Source: Bacteroidales bacterium (GTDB taxonomy: Bacteria; Bacteroidota; Bacteroidia; Bacteroidales; JAAUTT01). From it: 64,000 nucleotides of DNA. Position numbers and translations under genes: made by a program. Location: positions 13,180 to 77,179 of the forward strand of contig DATALJ010000252.1 in the NCBI GenBank assembly GCA_036261135.1. The letters run 5' to 3'. This document shows, one piece after another, positions 56,774 to 64,000 of this stretch (positions within the stretch are counted from its first letter, which is position 1; the number at the start of each line of letters is the position of its first letter). The notes beneath the pieces are model-generated. The model was not told the origin of the DNA and searched no databases. It saw only the letters and a list, made by a program, of their open reading frames with translations.

Positions 56774-59296
56774 TTACGCCAAGTATTTCCTAACAATGTT
56801 GAAAAAGGTGTTTTTGTTGATGGGCTTTGCAATGAAGTCAGAAAATCCGAAGTTCAGGCATTGTGCGGCGTCTTCGGCCATGGCAAAAGCCGATTGAGCA
56901 ATTAAGGGAAGTTTGGGCCTCATTTGGCGTATTTTTTCGAAAGCCTCATAGCCACTCATTTGTGGAAGTCTTAAATCCATTAAAACCAAATCAATATTCT
57001 GGTTTTCAGTACAAATGGATACAGCATCTTCGCCAGTGCTCGCCGAAATAAGATTGATGCTGGTTGAATACAGAAGAACTTTGAAGTATTCAAGGTTGAT
57101 CAGGTCGTCTTCCACAATCAGGATTGTTTTTGAACTCCAGTCCATTGTTTTTTCTGAAACGGCATTGCTCTGTACGGGGAGGCTTTGTATTGCCGGTTCC
57201 ACAAATGGGATCGTAAAATAGAATGTTGTACCCTTGTTTTTTTCGGATGTGAGCCATATGCGACCGCCCAAAAGCTTTACAATTCCTTCGCAAATGGCAA
57301 GGCCAAGTCCTGTTCCCCCAAATTTCCTGGAATTAGAATTATCAACCTGCTGAAATCTTTTAAACAGCTGGTTCTGAAATTCATGAGGAATACCAATGCC
57401 GGTGTCCTGAACGTAAAATTCGATTGTTTCTTTTTCAATTATCCGATATCCGAACTTTACAAAACCTGAATCGGTAAATTTAAAGGCGTTGGAGAGCAGG
57501 TTGGATAATACCTGTTTCAACCGGTCGCCATCGGTAAGCACGTAAGTTTCACTGTTCGAAATTTCAATATCGGCATAGAATTTTATGTATTCTTTTCCCA
57601 GGAATTCCTGTTGTTTCCTGAATATATTGAAAATATCGTGTAACAAATTGCGTAGCAGGACGGCATCTTTTTTTAACTGTAGCTGCCCGGCTTCCAGCTT
57701 GGAAATATCGACAATATCTTCGATGATGTGAAGAAGGCGGGTACTGCTTTGTGTTATAATATCGATGAACTGTTCCTGCGTATCCGGCTGCTTGTGCTCC
57801 TTTAATAGTTCTGCAAATCCCAGTATACCATTCATTGGCGTGCGTATTTCGTGCGAAATGTTTGCCAGGAATGCCGATTTCAGTTTATCACTCTCCAATG
57901 CTTTTTCCTTGGCTGTAATGAGCGCTTCTTCGGTTCTTTTCTGTGCCGTAATGTCGCTTGCAATACCAGCAACCCTGTAAAGCTTCCCATTACTGTCGTA
58001 TACAGGGAACCTGCGAGACCATAGCCATCGTATTTCGCCACTTGGGGTTATTATACGGTATTGTTCGAGGCACGCCGATTGATGTTCAATCGTTGATATA
58101 TCAAACCATGGCCGGTATCGCTGCTTGTCGTCAGGGTGAATCCAGCACTCCAGGAGGGTTGGATTTTCGATGATCTCTGTTCTGCTGCGTCCCCAGACTT
58201 TTTCGAAGGCGGGGTTCATATAAAGGATGCTCTTATCGTCGCTTAGCCAAAATATATCCTCTGTGTTCTCGGCCAACTGCCGGAAACGCTCTTCGCTCAC
58301 CTGTAACTGGTTGAATATTCGTTCGAGTTCCTTATTTTGCTGCTGAAGCGCTATATTTACCTCGGTCAATGCAGTATTAGCCTTGTTAATGTTGCCTTCC
58401 GCAATAACAAGGTCCTCATTCTTCTGCTTTAGTGCCATTTCAACCTCTTTCATCAGCGAAATATCGGTGTGTGTACCCACCATTCGCAGGGGTTTATCGT
58501 TGTCATCGCGCTCAAACACTTTGCCCCGGTTAAGAACCCAAACCCAATTGCCATCCCTGGCTTTGAACCGGTATTCGATGTTCCATTGATCCGACTGTCC
58601 TTTAAGATGTTTCTGGAGTTGATCCTGTACCGATTCCAGATCGTCAGGATGGATACGCTTCATCCATTCGTCGTATGAGCCTGGGAATTCGTACAATTCA
58701 TATCCCATCATGGTGTAAAACCTGAGATCGAAGAATATTTGGTTGGTGTCCAGTCGCCAGTCCCACATTCCGTCGTTGGTGGCTTCAATAGCCATATACA
58801 ATCGCTCACGGCTCCGCTTCAGTGCATTTTCAACAAGCTTTAGATCAGTGATATCATGTATGTTGCCAATAATTTTTTCGGAGCGGTCGAATGGATCGAA
58901 AATAAGTATATGACTATCGTTTACCCACCTGTTTATGCCACGTTTAGGTTTTATACGGTATTCGAATGAGAGGTTTTTTTTGCTTGAATTGTTTTTTATG
59001 GATTGAAAGTGCATTAAAAACCCTTCTTTATCTTCGGGGTGGATGATGTTTATGAATTCATTACGTGGTAATTGCATTATTTCATCGATAGAGTAACCTG
59101 TCAGGTCAACGATGGAAGGGCTGAGGTATTCAATTTCAAAATCGACATAATTCAGACAATACAACACATCCCGACTGTTCTGAATGATTTGTTCGTAAAG
59201 ATTCAGGAAATACTCACTTGCCGCTGGATTTCTGGCTTTTTCTGCTGAGTTTTTACTCTTCAAATTGAGTGTCGATTGTAAAAACCTCTTTTGCAT
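56774..59296 (-). CDS. Multi-PAS hybrid sensor histidine kinase/response regulator
   Basis: At least three PAS/PAC modules (for example NDGMWDWRLDTNQIFFD). H-box FLANISHEIRTPMNGILGF, LLSNAFKFT, DTGIGI and GGTGLGLAI. Receiver domain ILIVEDD...LVLMDLRLPQMSG. Confidence 0.9.
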   Translation of the reverse strand: MQKRFLQSTLNLKSKNSAEKARNPAASEYFLNLYEQIIQNSRDVLYCLNYVDFEIEYLSPSIVDLTGYSIDEIMQLPRNEFINIIHPEDKEGFLMHFQSIKNNSSKKNLSFEYRIKPKRGINRWVNDSHILIFDPFDRSEKIIGNIHDITDLKLVENALKRSRERLYMAIEATNDGMWDWRLDTNQIFFDLRFYTMMGYELYEFPGSYDEWMKRIHPDDLESVQDQLQKHLKGQSDQWNIEYRFKARDGNWVWVLNRGKVFERDDNDKPLRMVGTHTDISLMKEVEMALKQKNEDLVIAEGNINKANTALTEVNIALQQQNKELERIFNQLQVSEERFRQLAENTEDIFWLSDDKSILYMNPAFEKVWGRSRTEIIENPTLLECWIHPDDKQRYRPWFDISTIEHQSACLEQYRIITPSGEIRWLWSRRFPVYDSNGKLYRVAGIASDITAQKRTEEALITAKEKALESDKLKSAFLANISHEIRTPMNGILGFAELLKEHKQPDTQEQFIDIITQSSTRLLHIIEDIVDISKLEAGQLQLKKDAVLLRNLLHDIFNIFRKQQEFLGKEYIKFYADIEISNSETYVLTDGDRLKQVLSNLLSNAFKFTDSGFVKFGYRIIEKETIEFYVQDTGIGIPHEFQNQLFKRFQQVDNSNSRKFGGTGLGLAICEGIVKLLGGRIWLTSEKNKGTTFYFTIPFVEPAIQSLPVQSNAVSEKTMDWSSKTILIVEDDLINLEYFKVLLYSTSINLISASTGEDAVSICTENQNIDLVLMDLRLPQMSGYEAFEKIRQMRPKLPLIAQSAFAMAEDAAQCLNFGFSDFIAKPINKNTFFNIVRKYLA

Positions 59297-59471
59297 AATT
59301 GCTTCTTTTCGAATAAAACTAACTGGTGCTTCGCATCAAAATCGATTTTTGTTGTTCTTGCTTTTTTATTAAAAGTTACAACATATTTTTCAATTAAAAA
59401 ACGAATAACATCATGGAGGTTCTGTTGTAAAACACGAACATTTTCTAACTTTGGTTAAAACTTAACCGGCT

Positions 59472-61400
59472 ATGAGGTATTATTTATTTCTTTTACTTGG
59501 TCTTTTTTATTGTGTGAATGGATTGGATGCGCAACAAAAGCTATCTACCAAATCGAATCGGGCAGCAAAGCTTTATAACGAAGCTATTTCCAAGCTGAAT
59601 TTACAGTATTACGAAGCTACCATCCGAAACCTCAATGAGGCAATAAAAGAAGATGAAAATTTTATTGAAGCTTACATTTTGCTTGGCGAAGTTTATACCG
59701 ATACCCGTGAGGATTCCCTTGCTATAGCTACTTTTAAAAAATCGATAAACGTAAATCCGGAGTTTTTCCCGCCCCTGTATTCTAACCTCGCTAATCTGGA
59801 GCTGAATAATGGGTTTTATGCCGATGCCTACGAACATATAAAGAAATATCTTTCCTATCCGTCTCTCAATCCAAAGTTCAGATTGTCAGCTGAGTATCTG
59901 CTGAAAAGTTGTGAATTTGCGTTGGAAGCGATTAAAAAACCGGTTCAATTTAATCCTCAAAATCTGGGCCCTGCAATAAACGATAAATACGATCAGTACT
60001 GGCCCAACATATCGGCCGATGGACAAACGTTTGTTGTAACCCAGCTCATGCCAATAGATCCAGCTCAACCGTCTACACCCAATAACCGACAAGAGGATTT
60101 TTATGTCTCAGCATGGAAGGATAATGCGTGGGAGAAAGCCAAGCCCGTGGGCCCTCCATTAAATACATCAAGAAATGAGGGAGCGCAATCCATATCGGCC
60201 GATGGAAAGATCATGGTTTTTACCGGATGTAACCGTAAAGATGGTTTTGGCGGATGCGACTTGTATATTTCCGAGAAGATAAACGATGAATGGTCTGTTC
60301 CCCGCAATATGGGCGAAAATGTAAATTCAAAATCGAAAGAAACGCAACCATCGATATCAGCTGACGGGCGTACCATCTACTTTGCAAGCAACAGAGATAA
60401 AACCAAGGGAGGACTAGATATCTGGAAAGTAGTAATGAACGATAGCAATGAATGGAGTAAACCCATAAACCTCGGCGATAGTATCAATACGCCTTTTGAT
60501 GAGCAGTCGCCTTTTATTCATGCTGACGACCGAACCCTGTACTTTTCGTCGATGGGTTGGCCGGGAATGGGGCGCTTTGACCTGTTTGTAACCCGTAAGC
60601 TCTCGGATTCCACCTGGACAAAGCCCATGAACCTTGGATATCCAATTAATACTCATTTTTCCGATGAAGGTCTTATGGTAAATGCCAAGGGTAATACGGC
60701 TTACTTCTCGTCCAACCGCGAAGGTTATGGTGGGCGGGATATTTTCTCATTCGAACTATATAAAGAGGTTCAGCCTACACCGGTTTCGTATATGAAGGGT
60801 CTTGTATTCGATGCAGAAACAAAGAAACATTTGGTAGCCAGTTTTGAACTGATCGATTTGGCTACTTCGAACATGATTATGAAAGCAAAATCGAATGCGG
60901 ACGGTACTTTCCTTATTTGTATTCCCGCAGGTAAAGATTATGCCTTAAATGTAAATAAGAAGGGTTATCTCTTTTATTCTGATAATTTTACGATGAAGGG
61001 AGGAGATTACTTCAAACCATTTTCCAAGGATGTACCACTTGAACCCATCAAAGTGGGCTCAAAGGTAGTGATGAAGAACATTTTTTATAATCACGATTCG
61101 TACGAATTGCTTCAGGAATCGAAGATAGAGTTAAATAAACTTCTTGCTATGCTCAACGAGATTAAGAATTTGAAAATAGAAGTTAGCGGACATACCGATA
61201 ATACAGGAACCAACGAGTACAATCTGAAGCTTTCGGAAAATAGGGCCAAGGCAGTAGCAAATTACCTGATAGCTCACGGAATAAATGCTGCCCGTATATC
61301 ATGGAAAGGATACGGCGAATCCCAACCTATTGCAGATAACAATACGCCGGAAAGCAAGGCAAAAAACAGGCGCACCGAATTTAAAGTTACCAGCTTATAA
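59472..61400 (+). CDS. OmpA-family protein with TPR, TolB-like (PD40) repeats and CarboxypepD_reg-like domain
   Basis: Repeated xxSxDGxTxxF motifs (NISADGQTFV, SISADGKIMVF, SISADGRTIYF, IHADDRTLYF). C-terminal OmpA domain (NIFYNHDSYEL...VSGHTDNTGTNEYNLKLSENRAKAV...NRRTEFKV). Confidence 0.85.
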   Translation: MRYYLFLLLGLFYCVNGLDAQQKLSTKSNRAAKLYNEAISKLNLQYYEATIRNLNEAIKEDENFIEAYILLGEVYTDTREDSLAIATFKKSINVNPEFFPPLYSNLANLELNNGFYADAYEHIKKYLSYPSLNPKFRLSAEYLLKSCEFALEAIKKPVQFNPQNLGPAINDKYDQYWPNISADGQTFVVTQLMPIDPAQPSTPNNRQEDFYVSAWKDNAWEKAKPVGPPLNTSRNEGAQSISADGKIMVFTGCNRKDGFGGCDLYISEKINDEWSVPRNMGENVNSKSKETQPSISADGRTIYFASNRDKTKGGLDIWKVVMNDSNEWSKPINLGDSINTPFDEQSPFIHADDRTLYFSSMGWPGMGRFDLFVTRKLSDSTWTKPMNLGYPINTHFSDEGLMVNAKGNTAYFSSNREGYGGRDIFSFELYKEVQPTPVSYMKGLVFDAETKKHLVASFELIDLATSNMIMKAKSNADGTFLICIPAGKDYALNVNKKGYLFYSDNFTMKGGDYFKPFSKDVPLEPIKVGSKVVMKNIFYNHDSYELLQESKIELNKLLAMLNEIKNLKIEVSGHTDNTGTNEYNLKLSENRAKAVANYLIAHGINAARISWKGYGESQPIADNNTPESKAKNRRTEFKVTSL

Positions 61401-61469
61401 TGGTAATTTATTTTTATCTTTAAGCGCAAATAATATTTTGCTCACGTTTCATTTACAGAGAATTAACTT

Positions 61470-61910
61470 ATGGGAACAAATAAGATCGAATTTACAAAAG
61501 AGCAATACCGCAATCTGCTTAAACTCGTATATATGGGACATTGGATGGCTAATTCCCATCGCGATGAACCCATTACAGAATTGGATGATATTGAAAATTA
61601 TATTTATTCCTTTGCTGATGCTTTTGGCAGTACCGACCTGATTGATATGGATAATAAGCTCAATCATCATTATCCTACGCTCGATTTCGAGAATGAGATG
61701 GATCCCTATATTCAGGAATACGACGAATACACATTCTGGGATGAACTTGCCTGGCGAATGGCCGATCGCGATTTCGATCAGAAATTTGATCCGGCCCAAA
61801 CCATTGTTATGACTGGCGAAGAAATAATTATACAGAAGGATGCCATGGTTGAAAGATATTACGAGGAATTTGACTTACATGGCCTGGATAATCTGGTGTT
61901 GAAAAAATAA
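61470..61910 (+). CDS. Hypothetical acidic protein
   Basis: 146-aa ORF, D/E-rich, with no TM segment. Followed by a hairpin. Confidence 0.45.
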   Translation: MGTNKIEFTKEQYRNLLKLVYMGHWMANSHRDEPITELDDIENYIYSFADAFGSTDLIDMDNKLNHHYPTLDFENEMDPYIQEYDEYTFWDELAWRMADRDFDQKFDPAQTIVMTGEEIIIQKDAMVERYYEEFDLHGLDNLVLKK

Positions 61911-61924
61911 ATCGGTAAATAAAT

Positions 61925-61947
61925 AATCAGGCACTCTGCCTGATTTT
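61925..61947. terminator. Hairpin between convergent genes (probable bidirectional terminator)
   Basis: aatcaggc actct gcctgatt forms an 8-bp stem, flanked by an A-rich stretch (aaataaata) upstream and tt downstream. Confidence 0.5.
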
Positions 61948-61957
61948 ACGAAACAGG

Positions 61958-62689
61958 TTATCCCAGCGCTTCTTTCATCGAAACTCTTATTGTTTCTAGC
62001 ATTTCTTCTACGTTTTGGCCTTTAGGCTCGATGGGATCTAATACGGTATATGTTATTTTCTGACCAAACCTTAGGGGGAAGTAGCCTTTTTCCATCAACT
62101 GGCTGTGTCCGTTGATTACAAACGGAACAATAACAGCCGATGGCGCGGCCCTAAGCAAGGTGTTAACTCCTGCCGACATGAAACTTTTAATTTTCCCAGT
62201 TCTGCTTCGTGTGCCTTCGGGAAATATGCAGGCAGCGTAGTTATTCTTTTGGATTAACTGCCCCAGTTTAAATATCTCCTTTACCGCCTGAGTAGGATTA
62301 TTTCTGTCAATTAAGGCCGATTTTCCGTATTTGAGATTAATGGATATACTCGGGAGGTTTTTAGCCAGCTCCTTCTTCGAAATAAATTTAGGGTAGAACT
62401 TTCTGAAACCATGCACTACCGCAGGTATATCGTACAGACTTTGATGATTGGAAACAATAATAACAGGCCGGTTGGATGGAATTTTTTCGAACCCCGAAAA
62501 CTTAATGCTACATCCCAATATATGTAAGCCTCTTACAAGTAATAGGTTGAAAAAATCCACCGTTTTCTTCCTGGCTTTATCTCCGAACAGGTAAAGGGCT
62601 CCCATCTGAAGGGGATGGAAAATAAGCAATATGAATCCAAAGTATATGTGGTAAATGGGTGTAAGCAAGTAGGACAATACGGTTCTCAT
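61958..62689 (-). CDS. plsC: 1-acyl-sn-glycerol-3-phosphate acyltransferase (lysophospholipid acyltransferase family)
   Basis: HX4D motif NHQSLYDIP and FPEGTRS. Confidence 0.85.
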   Translation of the reverse strand: MRTVLSYLLTPIYHIYFGFILLIFHPLQMGALYLFGDKARKKTVDFFNLLLVRGLHILGCSIKFSGFEKIPSNRPVIIVSNHQSLYDIPAVVHGFRKFYPKFISKKELAKNLPSISINLKYGKSALIDRNNPTQAVKEIFKLGQLIQKNNYAACIFPEGTRSRTGKIKSFMSAGVNTLLRAAPSAVIVPFVINGHSQLMEKGYFPLRFGQKITYTVLDPIEPKGQNVEEMLETIRVSMKEALG

Positions 62690-62828
62690 AAAGAAGCAAC
62701 AATTTTAAAAGACAGTAAAGAAATGAATAATAACTCAGTAATTTTTGTGTTTACCGCTTTTATTTTGCTTTGAGATATCAGTATCGTCTCTAGAGCATAA
62801 TTATTCAGGCATGTCGAAGATTATTGCT

Positions 62829-63116
62829 TCATTTTTTAAATCGCCTGCCGCCTCCGCCAAATAATATTCCTGCACCTACTACAAAACCAAAGTTGTACCA
62901 GCTGCCATTGTTGTTAACAGCATACATAGCAACATCTTTATCGAACAAGCTGATGATAAAGCTAAAAGGAGCAATAATTCCATGCCATAATCCGCCAAGG
63001 AATCCATAAGTAGTGCCGGTTTTGCAGGCCTCTATGTGTGTTACTTCCGCGCAGGCTGTAAATAGGAATACAACGATTAATAAAATGAGATGTGTTTTCA
63101 GGTTCAGCGTTTTCAT
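62829..63116 (-). CDS. Small lipoprotein/membrane protein (hypothetical)
   Basis: Lipobox-like FLFTAC, a hydrophobic central segment and a Gly-rich basic tail GGGGRRFKK. Confidence 0.45.
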   Translation of the reverse strand: MKTLNLKTHLILLIVVFLFTACAEVTHIEACKTGTTYGFLGGLWHGIIAPFSFIISLFDKDVAMYAVNNNGSWYNFGFVVGAGILFGGGGRRFKK

Positions 63117-63220
63117 AAGTGTAATTTTAGGTTGAATCAGAAATAGATAGAATAAAATTACGAATTTTTATGAAAGATGGGAATTAAGGATTGTTGGTTA
63201 TCCGTTAGGAAACAAACTGC

Positions 63221-63300
63221 ATTGTCATTCCGGCGAAGGCCGGAATCCCTTGCAAAAAGCTCCGTAGTTTAGGGATTCCGGCCTTCGCCGGAATGACAAT
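63221..63300. repeat. REP-like family B: perfect 30-bp inverted repeat with nested palindromes
   Basis: attgtcattccggcgaaggccggaatccct (63221-63250) and its exact reverse complement (63271-63300), separated by 20 nt. Each arm also contains the palindrome attccggc-gaag-gccggaat. Confidence 0.9.
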
Positions 63301-63338
63301 GTAATACTAGAATTATTATTTTACTTATGCCTTTTGCT

Positions 63339-63361
63339 AGGCGGAATTTGCAATTCCGCCT
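63339..63361 (-). terminator. Hairpin 5 nt downstream of the uxuA stop
   Basis: aggcggaatt tgc aattccgcct forms a 10-bp stem. There is no clear U tract on the minus strand. Confidence 0.35.
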
Positions 63362-63366
63362 TATCA

Positions 63367-64000
63367 TTACTTATGCTTCATCGTATACTCTATTCCCATT
63401 TCCAGGCCGGTAAGCTCTGCTAAGCCTTTCATGCGGCCAATGAGCGGGTATCCGGGATTGGCATTCTTTTTGAAATCGTCAAGTAACTTAATTCCATGGT
63501 CGGGGCGGATGGGCATTCGCGTATCCTTGCGACCTTCGGCGATACGACGATATTGTTCTTCGAGCAGGGCCTTCATTAGAGGATACATATCAATGCTTCC
63601 TTCGAGGTGGCCCGATTCATAAAAGCATCCGTTTTCGGAGAACTGGTTATTCCTTAAATGCAGAAAGTGAATACGTGGAGCTAAGGTTTTGACAATATCA
63701 ACCAGGTCGTTATCCCTCCGTACCGATAAAGAGCCTGAACAGAACGTAATCCCATTCGAAATGGAATCATACGCATTGCAAATCCATTGCAGGTCTTCCT
63801 TGGTACTAACAATACGCGGTAGTCCAAGCACGGAAAATGGAGGATCGTCCGGATGAACGCACATACGAACGCCATATTCTTCGGCAGTTGGCACTACATC
63901 GCGAAGGAAGTCAGCCAAATGATTGCGAAGCACCGTGGCATCTATGTCCTTGTAACGGCTGATGTATTCGAGAAATATTGCCTTGTAATCAGGCCGCGAG
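63367..64000 (-). CDS. uxuA: Mannonate dehydratase UxuA, N-terminal part outside the window
   Basis: VRMCVHPDDPPFSVLGLPRIVSTKEDLQWI..., SLSVRRDNDLV and HFLHLRN. The reading frame stays open to nt 64000 (…SRPDYKAIFLEYISRYKDIDATVLRNH…). Confidence 0.85.
   Translation of the reverse strand, partial: SRPDYKAIFLEYISRYKDIDATVLRNHLADFLRDVVPTAEEYGVRMCVHPDDPPFSVLGLPRIVSTKEDLQWICNAYDSISNGITFCSGSLSVRRDNDLVDIVKTLAPRIHFLHLRNNQFSENGCFYESGHLEGSIDMYPLMKALLEEQYRRIAEGRKDTRMPIRPDHGIKLLDDFKKNANPGYPLIGRMKGLAELTGLEMGIEYTMKHK

Noticed and set aside
61285-61641. 118-aa + strand ORF bridging the OmpA-family gene 3' end and the next gene
   Set aside because: It is out of frame with two better-supported CDSs and has low-complexity hydrophobic content.
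1-64000. Looked for CRISPR arrays, tRNA/rRNA genes, IS elements, integrases, phage modules and known defence-system genes
   Set aside because: I saw no regularly spaced direct repeats, no tRNA-like T-arm or anticodon architecture in intergenic regions, and no transposase, integrase or recombinase-like ORF. I also saw no nuclease/helicase/methylase cassette apart from the solitary HNH-like gene.

Overview
Densely coding 64-kb segment that looks like core chromosome of a Bacteroidota-type genome. This assignment rests on an ECF sigma/FecR/STN gene trio, TAnnTTTG-type -7 boxes, almost no Shine-Dalgarno sites, many hybrid sensor kinases, and GC that looks like roughly 40% by eye. I support about 58 protein-coding genes. 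I found no rRNA, tRNA, CRISPR array, integrase, transposase or prophage block. Main blocks in order: (1) a translationally coupled five-gene membrane MoxR module (SpoIIM-like, DUF4129-like, DUF4350-like, MoxR ATPase, DUF58); (2) sensor kinases plus an AraC/cupin pair; (3) PgeF, a vWA lipoprotein and an ECF sigma/FecR/STN-repeat outer-membrane trio; (4) a bifunctional glutathione synthetase gene (gshAB/gshF) broken by a frameshift in an A8 tract, plus MATE, GNAT, MarR and CstA; (5) a phosphate block (PiT, porin, pstSCAB, phoU, receiver-only regulator) with Pho-box-like phased hexamers; (6) an orphan MCP; (7) a sugar-phosphate cluster (SIS, phosphohexomutase, PfkB kinase, cysteine hydrolase); (8) housekeeping genes (PhzF-like, CorA, MsrB, Tag, U32 peptidase plus SAM methyltransferase, PlsC, UxuA); (9) a free-standing NUMOD4/HNH endonuclease-like gene. 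No known defence or mobile system is recognisable. The most unusual items are the STN-domain repeat protein with no TonB-dependent transporter body, the uncharacterised MoxR module, two intergenic REP-like repeat families (one copy is a perfect 30-bp inverted repeat), an orphan intrinsic terminator suggesting a small RNA, and the gshF frameshift. All calls come from reading the supplied translations and the DNA. No database search was run, so all family names are recognition from memory.
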